Source: Candidatus Sungiibacteriota bacterium
GTDB taxonomy: Bacteria; Patescibacteriota; Minisyncoccia; Sungbacterales; HO2-52-23
DNA length: 58,341 bases
Direction of reading: 5' to 3'
NCBI GenBank assembly: GCA_016180435.1
Contig: JACPBG010000002.1
Coordinates: 1-58,341 of the forward strand
The notes under the pieces are model-generated. The model did no database searches. It was given only the letters and a program-made list of their open reading frames with translations, and was not told the DNA's origin. This document shows, piece after piece, positions 9,131 to 17,139 of the stretch. Every line of letters starts with the position of its first letter. The stretch's first letter is position 1. A program made the position numbers and the translations under genes.

Positions 9131-10819
9131 GTGATGCGTATAGGAATACTTAATGCAGAAATAAACGGGGTACACTCCGCGGCTCTCATACTTGGAGCCG
9201 CGGGGCTTTGTAGCAGGGGACTCGGGGTTTTGCGGGACCGCCTGCTTGCTTCTCAATTCGGAGCGGGGCGGGAACTTGACATGTATTATGCGGCGTTCCA
9301 GATTCCGGATTTTCTGAATGTACTTTTTTTGTTGGGAGCGGCATCCGCCGCAATTTTGCCTGTTTTTCAGGAGGAGCTTGCCAAAAGCGACGAAGACGCG
9401 CGTAAATTTATCTCCGACCTGGTGAGTGTTTTTGCGCTTGTTGCCGGAGCGGCCGCCGTCGCCTCCTTTTTTATTATGCCGATACTGATATCTTTTTTTA
9501 CCCCGGGTTTTTCAGCAGCGGAGCGCACGACGACAGCATTGCTTTCCCGCATAATGCTTTTTTCCCCATTATTTTTGGGGATATCCGCCATTTTATCGGC
9601 AGTTACCCAGTCCTTTCAGCGGTTTTTCGCATATGCGCTTGCCCCGATTTTTTATAATTTGGGAATTATTGCGGGAATTATTTTTTTTGTGCCCGCCTTC
9701 GGGATTATGGGCCTGGCTTGGGGCGTGGTGTTTGGCGTATTCTTGCATTTTGCCGTACAGTTTTTATCCGCGGCGGATCTGGGTTTTTTGCCGAATTTTC
9801 AATTCTCCGGAATTAGCCGGGCAATGAGGCGCGTGGCAAAACTCTCTATTCCCCGGGTATTTTCTGTTTCGCTTTCGAACTTGACGATCTTGGTGATTAT
9901 AGGCATGGGCTCGCTTCTTACTGAAGGAAGCATTGCGGTATTTCAACTGGCGTTTAATCTTCAATTCCTGCCGATAGGGATTTTCGGCATTAGTTATGCC
10001 ACTGCTATTTTTCCGCGCATGTCGCGCGCATATATAGAGCGCCGCGGGGAGGATTTTTTCAACGAATTCGGGCTTGGTTTGCGGACCATTCTTTTTTGGC
10101 TGGCGCCCTCCGCCGTGCTTTTTATCGTATTGCGCGCGCATATAGTTCGGGTAGCGCTGGGCGCGGGCGTTTTTTCCTGGGAAGATACCCGGCTTTCTGC
10201 TGCGGCACTCGCCATTTTTGCGATAGCCATGGTTCCGGGGGGCCTGGCCGCTTTTTTTATCAAAAGTTTTTATGCGCTTGAAAATACCTGGGCCCCGCTC
10301 GTAATTAACTTGGCGGCATCGGCGGTCTCAATTGTTCTGGCTTATGGCGCGAGCCATGTCTTGGCAGGTTCGTCTGCCATCGCGGATTTTGTCAGGACGG
10401 TTTTAAGGATTTCGGACCTGCCGCACATTGAGGTGCTGGGCCTGGTATTTGGTTTTTCGGCCGGTATTTTACTGAATATCGCTGTTCTCGGGCGGGTTTT
10501 GACGGGTCTTGCCCGCCAAAAATTCGGGATAAAAAAAGTTTTGCCCTTGCGCCCGTTTTTGCAAATTGCGGTTGCCGTGCTGCTTGCCGGTTTTTTGGCA
10601 TATGCGGTGCGGGCTAGTTTTTCCGCGTCTCTGCCGCTTATTTCATTTTTTCAGGTACTGGTTCAGGGCGCGGTTTCGGGTGCTGCGGGGTTTGCGGCAT
10701 ATTTCGGGATTCTGTGGCTTATGGGCAATGAAGACGTGCGTGCCGTAATGGGCGCATTTCGCCGAAAGTTTTTCCGGCTTGCGGTTTTGCCCCAGAATTT
10801 GAATGGGGATCATTCTTGA
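9131..10819 (+). CDS. murJ: Lipid II flippase MurJ/MviN
   Basis: LGVLRDRLLASQFGAGRELDMYYAAFQIPDFL signature and polytopic profile, 562 aa. Confidence 0.9.
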   Translation: MMRIGILNAEINGVHSAALILGAAGLCSRGLGVLRDRLLASQFGAGRELDMYYAAFQIPDFLNVLFLLGAASAAILPVFQEELAKSDEDARKFISDLVSVFALVAGAAAVASFFIMPILISFFTPGFSAAERTTTALLSRIMLFSPLFLGISAILSAVTQSFQRFFAYALAPIFYNLGIIAGIIFFVPAFGIMGLAWGVVFGVFLHFAVQFLSAADLGFLPNFQFSGISRAMRRVAKLSIPRVFSVSLSNLTILVIIGMGSLLTEGSIAVFQLAFNLQFLPIGIFGISYATAIFPRMSRAYIERRGEDFFNEFGLGLRTILFWLAPSAVLFIVLRAHIVRVALGAGVFSWEDTRLSAAALAIFAIAMVPGGLAAFFIKSFYALENTWAPLVINLAASAVSIVLAYGASHVLAGSSAIADFVRTVLRISDLPHIEVLGLVFGFSAGILLNIAVLGRVLTGLARQKFGIKKVLPLRPFLQIAVAVLLAGFLAYAVRASFSASLPLISFFQVLVQGAVSGAAGFAAYFGILWLMGNEDVRAVMGAFRRKFFRLAVLPQNLNGDHS

Positions 10820-10859
10820 CTATAGAGGTTTACAGGGGTTCAATCCCTGTAGTTCAAGT

Positions 10860-12824
10860 ATGGAAATAAATGGAAATATCAGTATACGAAATTTTTGCAT
10901 ATTGGCGCATATTGATCATGGAAAATCCACTTTGGCGGACAGGTTCTTGGAAATTACCGGAACAATACCTTTGCGTGAAATGCACGAACAGTATTTGGAT
11001 ATGAATCCCCTTGAAAGAGAACGCGGCATCACTATTAAAATGACCCCGGTCCGCATGATTTGGCATACGCCAAATCATGCGGAGAACCGGTTACCAGTAA
11101 CCGGTAATTATCAATCAAGTTCAGAATATATTCTGAACCTGATTGATACTCCGGGGCATGTTGATTTCTCTTACGAAGTATCTAGGGCGCTGGCCGCGGT
11201 GGAGGGAGCGATACTTCTGGTTGATGCGACCCAGGGAGTTCAGGCCCAAACCATCGCGAATTTGCGTCTCGCTTTGGCCGAGGGGCTTTATATAATTCCG
11301 GCTATTAATAAAATCGATCTTCCAACTGCGCGCGCGGCTGAAACCAGGGAGGAAATTTTTGAGCTTTTCGCTTCAGAAGGGATCAAAGCCGGAGAAGTTC
11401 TTGAGGTCTCAGCCAAAACCGGGGAAGGGGTTTTGGAGCTGCTGGAGGCAGTGATAGAAAAAATCCCCCCTCCGGGAACCAATAAGCAGTTATCGGTAAC
11501 TAATAACCGGTTACCGGTTATCGGTGATTCAGTTCAACTGCGGGCGCTTATTTTCGATTCGCATTTTGATCCGTATAAAGGCGTTGTCGCGTATGTGAGG
11601 GTAAGGGATGGGATTTTGCGCAAAGGCGATAAAATTTTATTTTTGGCATCCGGCGCCGATGCCGATGCATTGGAGATTGGATATTTTATTCCGCGCCTTT
11701 TTTCCCAAGATAAAATTTTGGAAGGCGAGATCGGATATGTCGCGACCGGAATTAAAGAGCCGTCGAAAGTCAAGGTCGGAGACACCATAGTTAAGCGTTT
11801 AGAACTTAGAACTAAAAACTTAGAAAATAATTTGCTAAGTTCTAAGTTCTCAAATCTAAGTTCTACGGCCGTGGGGCCGTTGCCCGGATACCAAGAGCCG
11901 CAACCCATGGTTTGGGCAAGCATCTATCCGGAGGAAGCGGATGATTTTGACGAATTAAAAGACGCCATGGCGAAGCTTAAATTGAATGATGCCGCTTTCA
12001 TGTATGAGGTTGAATCCTCCGAATCGCTCGGCCGCGGTTTTCGCTGCGGATTTTTGGGGACGCTGCATTTGGAAATCGTATCCGAACGTATTCGGCGCGA
12101 GTATGATTTACAAGTCATGGTTACAACCCCTTCGGTCGCATATCGGATACGTTATGCCCGCGGCCGAGAGGAGATGATTTTTCGCGCGTCCAGCGCGCCT
12201 TCCGGAAGGGAAAAATACGTCATAGATGAGCCGTGGGCCGAGCTTAAAATTGTGACTCCGCCCGAATATATAGGCAAAATTACCGAGGTTTTGCACGAGC
12301 ATCGCGCTATCTCGGGTGATGCTAAAAATTTAGGTTCGCGGCGCATGATTTTATCCTTTTTGGCGCCGCTTAGCGAGATAATCGTGAATTTGCATGATGA
12401 GTTAAAAAGCATAACCCATGGTTATGCCTCAATGGAATATGAGGTAAGCGGCTGGAAGGAGGGAAATCTTTTGCGCTTGAATATTTTGGTCGCGGGCAAA
12501 GATATCGCGGCTTTTTCACGGATCATCCCGCGTTTGAATGCGGAACATGCAGGACGCGCTATACTTATTCGCCTGAAAGAACTTATACCCAAGACGCTTT
12601 TTCCTGTGGCGCTACAGGCGGAAACCGAAGGAAAAATAATTGCGCGTGAAACTATCCCGGCGCTTAAAAAAGACGTGACCGGATATTTATACGGCGGAGA
12701 TCGCACCCGCAAAATGAAGCTCTGGAAAAAGCAGCAAAAGGGCAAGAAGAAACTGAAAGAGCGCGGGGAGGGGGCGGTTGAGATCCCGCCGGAAGTATTT
12801 TTAAAAATTTTAAAATCCAGTTAG
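10860..12824 (+). CDS. lepA: Elongation factor 4 (LepA) with three in-frame repeat insertions
   Basis: AHIDHGKSTLADR, DTPGHVDF, NKIDL G-motifs; LepA C-terminal GYASMEYE. Start at internal Met (MEINGNISIRNF). Confidence 0.95.
   Translation: MEINGNISIRNFCILAHIDHGKSTLADRFLEITGTIPLREMHEQYLDMNPLERERGITIKMTPVRMIWHTPNHAENRLPVTGNYQSSSEYILNLIDTPGHVDFSYEVSRALAAVEGAILLVDATQGVQAQTIANLRLALAEGLYIIPAINKIDLPTARAAETREEIFELFASEGIKAGEVLEVSAKTGEGVLELLEAVIEKIPPPGTNKQLSVTNNRLPVIGDSVQLRALIFDSHFDPYKGVVAYVRVRDGILRKGDKILFLASGADADALEIGYFIPRLFSQDKILEGEIGYVATGIKEPSKVKVGDTIVKRLELRTKNLENNLLSSKFSNLSSTAVGPLPGYQEPQPMVWASIYPEEADDFDELKDAMAKLKLNDAAFMYEVESSESLGRGFRCGFLGTLHLEIVSERIRREYDLQVMVTTPSVAYRIRYARGREEMIFRASSAPSGREKYVIDEPWAELKIVTPPEYIGKITEVLHEHRAISGDAKNLGSRRMILSFLAPLSEIIVNLHDELKSITHGYASMEYEVSGWKEGNLLRLNILVAGKDIAAFSRIIPRLNAEHAGRAILIRLKELIPKTLFPVALQAETEGKIIARETIPALKKDVTGYLYGGDRTRKMKLWKKQQKGKKKLKERGEGAVEIPPEVFLKILKSS
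11085..11110. repeat. CCGGTTA-type repeat module in lepA (copy 1)
   Basis: aaccggttaccagtaaccggtaatta, encodes NRLPVTGN. Confidence 0.7.
11491..11529. repeat. CCGGTTA-type repeat module in lepA (copy 2)
   Basis: tatcggtaactaataaccggttaccggttatcggtgatt, encodes NNRLPVIGD; direct repeat of copy 1. Confidence 0.7.
11799..11866. repeat. TAGAACT heptamer-repeat hairpin in lepA
   Basis: Left arm agaacttagaactaaaaacttag, right arm ctaagttctaagttctcaaatctaagttct; outer 10 bp perfect; translated KRLELRTKNLENNLLSSKFSNLSS. Confidence 0.8.
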
Positions 12825-12843
12825 AAATATAGACCTGAATTTT

Positions 12844-12868
12844 TAAAACCACCTTTTATGAGGTGGTT
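12844..12868 (-). terminator. Terminator between lepA and gdhA
   Basis: aaccacct/aggtggtt 8-bp stem; T-run on minus strand. Confidence 0.6.
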
Positions 12869-12870
12869 CG

Positions 12871-14229
12871 TTATACGATTCCCTGATCAATCATCGCATT
12901 GGCTACCCGGACAAATCCGGCGATATTGGCGCCATTTACATAATGGGTAAAATTGCCTTCCTTGCCGTATTTCACGCATTGATTGTGTATCTTCTGCATA
13001 ATTTGATGCAAGCGCCTGTCCACCTCTGCGCGTTCCCAAGAAAGTCGTTGGCTGTTTTGAGACATTTCAAGTCCAGATACGGCAACTCCGCCGGCATTGG
13101 CCGCTTTGCCCGGTCCGTATAATATCTTAGCGGCAAGAAATTGATGAACACCTTCCGGGGTAGTTGGCATGTTAGCTCCCTCTGACACCAAATACACGCC
13201 GTTTTGCAGTAAATTTAAGGCATCTTTTTTGTTTATTTCGTTTTGGGTTGCGCATGGAAATGCACAATCGGCTTTGTGGTTCCATAAAGGATTATGGTCA
13301 AGTGTTTTATCAACTGGAGTGTAGATGGCGTCTCGGAATTTTTCCGTATATTCCTTGATTCGACCGCGGCACACATTTTTCAGATGCATTACAAAATCAA
13401 GTTTCTCTTTGTTGATTCCGGACTCGTCATATATGTAGCCGTCCGAATCGGAAAAAGTGACCGGTTTTGCCCCCAGTTGGATAAGTTTTTCAACTGTGTA
13501 TTGGGCAACATTGCCGCTGGCCGAGACGAGGCAGATTTTTTTATCGAGATTTTCTGATCGGGTTTTTAACATCTCTTGCGCGAAATAGACCGAGCCGTAT
13601 CCGGTGGCTTCGGGACGGATGAACGAGCCGCCCCAATCAGTACTCTTCCCTGTGAATACTCCGGTGAATTCATTCATAATTTTTTTATACATTCCAAAGC
13701 AGTAGCCGACTTCGCGGGCGCCAAAACCTATGTCGCCTGCAGGTATGTCCGTGTTGGGGCCGATGTATCGGAAAAGTTCAAGCATGAAGGATTGACAGAA
13801 GCGCATTACTTCGTTATCACTTTTTCCTTTGGGGTCGAAATCCGATCCCCCCTTGCCTCCGCCCATAGGGAGTCCGGTGAGCGCGTTTTTGTACACCTGC
13901 TCAAATCCAAGAAATTTTAAAACACTCAAGTTAACCGATGGATGTAAGCGTAATCCTCCTTTGAACGGGCCGATGGCGCTATTCACTTCTACTCTAAAAC
14001 CCCGATTGACTTGAATTTCGCCTTGATCGTCAACCCAGGGTATGCGGAAAATAATCACGCGTTCCGGTTCCACCATTCTTTCAAGAATTTTATATTTGCG
14101 ATATTGAGGATTTTTTTCAATAAACGGCATAACCGAGCTAATAAACTCATAAACCGCCTGATGAAACTCGGGTTCGTTGGGGTTATGCGCTTTCAGTGTG
14201 TTCATGAAATTCATGACCTCGCTGTTCAT
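12871..14229 (-). CDS. gdhA: NADP-specific glutamate dehydrogenase
   Basis: Glu/Leu/Phe/Val dehydrogenase motif LPMGGGKGGSDFDPKGKS, 452 aa. Confidence 0.95.
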   Translation of the reverse strand: MNSEVMNFMNTLKAHNPNEPEFHQAVYEFISSVMPFIEKNPQYRKYKILERMVEPERVIIFRIPWVDDQGEIQVNRGFRVEVNSAIGPFKGGLRLHPSVNLSVLKFLGFEQVYKNALTGLPMGGGKGGSDFDPKGKSDNEVMRFCQSFMLELFRYIGPNTDIPAGDIGFGAREVGYCFGMYKKIMNEFTGVFTGKSTDWGGSFIRPEATGYGSVYFAQEMLKTRSENLDKKICLVSASGNVAQYTVEKLIQLGAKPVTFSDSDGYIYDESGINKEKLDFVMHLKNVCRGRIKEYTEKFRDAIYTPVDKTLDHNPLWNHKADCAFPCATQNEINKKDALNLLQNGVYLVSEGANMPTTPEGVHQFLAAKILYGPGKAANAGGVAVSGLEMSQNSQRLSWERAEVDRRLHQIMQKIHNQCVKYGKEGNFTHYVNGANIAGFVRVANAMIDQGIV

Positions 14230-14360
14230 AACATGCGCCCCTTTCTTTTTGTGATTTTATTTATCAATGAGCCACGCTCCTAATTTATTGTTAATCCCGC
14301 CAAATGTCAAATTCAACAAGGCATACGTAAAAGTATGCCCTGTTAAACCAAAATCCCGTA

Positions 14361-14468
14361 TTATCTATATATAATCAGCGGCAAGAGAGTAAAGGCAACC
14401 ATGGAGAGGATGCCGATGATGGAGATAACGAGCCAGATGAGGTTGAGTTTTTTGCGGTTTCGGAACAT
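14361..14468 (-). CDS. Possible 35-aa membrane peptide
   Basis: MFRNRKKLNLIWLVISIIGILSMVAFTLLPLIIYR; no clear SD. Confidence 0.2.
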   Translation of the reverse strand: MFRNRKKLNLIWLVISIIGILSMVAFTLLPLIIYR

Positions 14469-14490
14469 AATGGTGGGTGTGGGAGTTGCT

Positions 14491-14757
14491 ATTGTTACTT
14501 ATTCTTTTTTGACATGCTCACTTGCTCCTGCGGCGCGTTCGCTAAGGGTCGGGCGCGAAATTCCGCTTTGCGGAAACCAAGCCCCGTCACCAAAATTTTG
14601 ACCGTTTCTTTGCTGCCCTCGAGTCAGCTGGCGAGATAGAACCCAAGTAACGATATGGTGTTCTTCTCTCCTTGGATGGAAACGAAAGCAGCAGTCGAAA
14701 TTTGGTGCGGGGCAAGCTTTCGCGCCCTCCCATTGTCAAAAAAGAATAAGCAACAAT
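14491..14757. repeat. Long imperfect palindrome, family A (267 nt)
   Basis: Outer arms attgttacttattcttttttgaca / tgtcaaaaaagaataagcaacaat. Inner arms caccaaaattttgac / gtcgaaatttggtg. Homologous to 33090-33384. Confidence 0.8.
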
Positions 14758-14802
14758 TTAACTCTTTATTGTATAGTATATATGACTTAGGAATTAAATC
14801 AA

Positions 14803-15150
14803 ATGATCCGATTTTTCATTAATTTATTTCTTATTGTTTTGCTGGTTGCGGCCGGATACGCGGCATACAATTTGGGATATGGCGCCTGGCAATCGTGGCT
14901 GGAGTCGCGCTCCATAAAACAGCAGATTGAGGAGCTGACTGAGAAAAAAAATAATCTCGAGGCGTATTTGGCGGAATTAAAAACCGTGGAAGCGGTAAAA
15001 CGAGAGGCCAAAGAGCGTTTTAATTTGAAGCTTCCCGGGGAGGAGGTGGCGGTCGTGGTAAGTAGCGGAAGTTCCACCTTTATGGTGACTACCTCTCCGG
15101 CATCATGGCCAGCTAAGTTTTGGGGATTCGTTTCATCCTGGTTTAAATAA
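14803..15150 (+). CDS. Septum formation initiator (FtsB/DivIC-like)
   Basis: N-terminal TM helix then coiled coil (IKQQIEELTEKKNNLEAYLAELK). Confidence 0.65.
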   Translation: MIRFFINLFLIVLLVAAGYAAYNLGYGAWQSWLESRSIKQQIEELTEKKNNLEAYLAELKTVEAVKREAKERFNLKLPGEEVAVVVSSGSSTFMVTTSPASWPAKFWGFVSSWFK

Positions 15151-15166
15151 TTGTTTGCGGAAGCCG

Positions 15167-15201
15167 TTGAGGCTGAACCTCCCGCGGGAGGTTCAGCCTC
15201 A
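15167..15201. repeat. Perfect GC-rich palindrome (CCTCC/GGAGG family), possible terminator
   Basis: gaggctgaacctcc-cgcg-ggaggttcagcctc; no T-run after it. Confidence 0.6.
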
Positions 15202-15226
15202 AAATATCTCTATCAGTGGTTTTTAT

Positions 15227-15790
15227 ATGAGGCGAGTATTGATTTTATTTTTATCCCTTTTCGGTACATTCGCCTTTTTAGCGATCACCGGTTTTTATCC
15301 GGTGGCTATAGTGGACGGCTCTCCGATTTTTTTCAAAACGTGGGCAAAAGCGGAGCAAGCCGCAATTCGTTTTGCTCAGGCCAGCGCGCGTTCATCCGGC
15401 GCCCCGGCCCTTGATTTCTCGCGCCAGGAAAATGCGGAACTTTTGCTGTCGGTCAAGCGCGATACCCTCACCTTCCTCATAGAGGATAAAATAATTTTAT
15501 CAGCCGGAGAAAGAGTTATTGATGACTTTGCGGCGCGCGCAAAACAGGAGGTCAATGGCGCGCTTAAAAAAAGCCCGGGAGTGATTGCGGGCGGGAAAGC
15601 GGTGTATGACCTTGATAATGATGATTTTCTGGCACTGGTATTTATGCCGCAGGCGCGCAAAGACGTGCTGGCGGAAATATTTCGCGCACGCGGGCAAAGC
15701 TATGAGGAATGGCTGGCTTTGGCTAAAAAATCAGCCAGCGTGAAATTATATTTTGTGCCGTTTACCTGGAGCGGGGAAAAAATTGAATAG
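15227..15790 (+). CDS. Membrane-anchored hypothetical protein (SurA N-terminal-like?)
   Basis: Internal Met after the palindrome; signal-anchor MRRVLILFLSLFGTFAFLAI; weak resemblance only. Confidence 0.5.
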   Translation: MRRVLILFLSLFGTFAFLAITGFYPVAIVDGSPIFFKTWAKAEQAAIRFAQASARSSGAPALDFSRQENAELLLSVKRDTLTFLIEDKIILSAGERVIDDFAARAKQEVNGALKKSPGVIAGGKAVYDLDNDDFLALVFMPQARKDVLAEIFRARGQSYEEWLALAKKSASVKLYFVPFTWSGEKIE

Positions 15791-16720
15791 AAATAATGTC
15801 ACCATCTTTTGGGCCTCAGCCGGATTTATCCATTGAATGTTTTTATTTCTTTTAAACCATCTCATTTGGCGTTTAGCATAGTGCAGGGTATTGCGGACTA
15901 TTCGTTCGTATAGCTCATCTTTAGTAATTTTTCTATCAAGATAGTCAAGGGTAGCGCGGTATTCAAAGCCGAATTCCTTAATACGGGATTTTGGCACTCC
16001 TTGGGCGAGGAGTTTTTTTGTTTCTTTTGTAATGCCGTTTCTTATCATGGCGCGGGTTCGGTTTTTAATTATTTTTTCCAACACTGCTGGCGGGGGATTC
16101 AGGCCAAGCCAAAGCGCGCGGTAGGGTGATTGTTTTTTGATGGCCGGCACTTTTCCCAGGGCGCGCGCTATTTCAATCGCGCGAATAAGGCGGCGCGGAT
16201 TTTGGTGGTCAACGGTTCGGGCGCGCGCGGAATCAAGTTTTTTTAACATGCGGTAAAGTTCTCGCGCGTTTTTTTTCTCCAAGTTATTTCGTAATTTTTG
16301 ATTTGGTGGAACTTCAGGCAGATCCAGATCATAAACGAGCGTATCCACCCAAAATCCGGTTCCGCCGACTATTATTGGAATCTTTCCGCGATCCGCAATT
16401 TTTCGGATCGCATTTTCGGCGCATTTTTTAAATTCGGCAACGGTGTAAGTTCTTTCGGGATCTACAAAATCAATGCAGTGGTGGGGAATAGTTTTATATA
16501 CAAAGCGTAGTAGGGTCTGACCCTCCTTTGGAGGGTCAGACCCTACTCGTTGCCATTTTCCGGGGACTCGGGCGGATCCGATATCAAGTCCGCGGTAAAT
16601 TTGCCTTGAATCCGCGGAAATTATTTCGCCGTTGAATTTTCTGGCGATTTTTACGGCAAGTTCGGATTTGCCGGAGGCGGTAGGGCCCACGATAATAATG
16701 AGTTTGACTTTTTGTTGCAT
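15746..16720 (-). CDS. miaA: tRNA dimethylallyltransferase MiaA with in-frame palindrome
   Basis: IIIVGPTASGKS P-loop, IPPT family layout, 324 aa. Confidence 0.93.
   Translation of the reverse strand: MQQKVKLIIIVGPTASGKSELAVKIARKFNGEIISADSRQIYRGLDIGSARVPGKWQRVGSDPPKEGQTLLRFVYKTIPHHCIDFVDPERTYTVAEFKKCAENAIRKIADRGKIPIIVGGTGFWVDTLVYDLDLPEVPPNQKLRNNLEKKNARELYRMLKKLDSARARTVDHQNPRRLIRAIEIARALGKVPAIKKQSPYRALWLGLNPPPAVLEKIIKNRTRAMIRNGITKETKKLLAQGVPKSRIKEFGFEYRATLDYLDRKITKDELYERIVRNTLHYAKRQMRWFKRNKNIQWINPAEAQKMVTLFLFNFFPAPGKRHKI
16510..16546. repeat. Perfect 17-bp-arm palindrome inside miaA
   Basis: gtagggtctgaccctcc-ttt-ggagggtcagaccctac; encodes part of RVGSDPPKEGQTLLR. Confidence 0.85.
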
Positions 16721-16792
16721 GAATTTATAATAAAATTAGCTCAAATACGGATTCGTGCACGAATCCGGGAAATACTAGTTGAAGGAGGATAT

Positions 16793-17080
16793 ATGGAAGG
16801 CCCGTTGAATGTTGTTGTTTGGGGTTGGGATATGGAGCGTGTAAAGAGGGTATTAGCAGAACTCCTTCCTGAATGTTCCGGTTCGGTGGGAGAAACAACA
16901 GTTTATCCGGTTACGGGAGGCGAGGAAGTTAAACCATATTCGAATGCGTTTGGTCGACCTGAACTTGGTCGATATGTGGTAGTCGGATCTCCTGTTGGGT
17001 CGGGAGTCACGGTGTATGGTAGTGAAGAGTTCAAAAAAATCATTATCAGCGCACTTACTGCGACAGTCCCCAAATATTAG
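16793..17080 (+). CDS. Hypothetical protein
   Basis: ATG preceded by GAAGGAGGA; 95 aa; terminator follows. Confidence 0.45.
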   Translation: MEGPLNVVVWGWDMERVKRVLAELLPECSGSVGETTVYPVTGGEEVKPYSNAFGRPELGRYVVVGSPVGSGVTVYGSEEFKKIIISALTATVPKY

Positions 17081-17112
17081 TAATATCCCATAATTCCATT
17101 TTTAAGTTTTTT

Positions 17113-17139
17113 ACCGCTCCTCTCGGAGCGGCCTTTTTA
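17113..17139 (+). terminator. Terminator
   Basis: ccgctcc-tctc-ggagcgg plus TTTTT. Confidence 0.7.

Noticed and set aside
10797-10858. T-arm-like sequence aggggttcaatccctgt between murJ and lepA, considered as a possible tRNA.
   Set aside because: Only about 62 nt are available, there is no D or anticodon arm, and the acceptor pairing is imperfect. It overlaps the murJ 3' end.
11799-11866. Whether the heptamer repeats could be CRISPR arrays or conventional tandem-repeat loci.
   Set aside because: The period is only about 7 nt and there are no unique spacers. The two halves are complementary rather than direct, and no cas genes are present in the window.
14401-14601. ORFs inside the long palindromes: 14401-14601, 33090-33275, 33092-33361 and 52352-52633.
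   Set aside because: Their sequences are determined by the hairpin arms, they differ in frame between homologous copies, and they have no start signals.
14491-14757. Hammerhead-like ribozyme in the family A elements, suggested by the ggaaacgaaagc block.
   Set aside because: No CUGANGA box or compatible three-stem arrangement could be found by eye.
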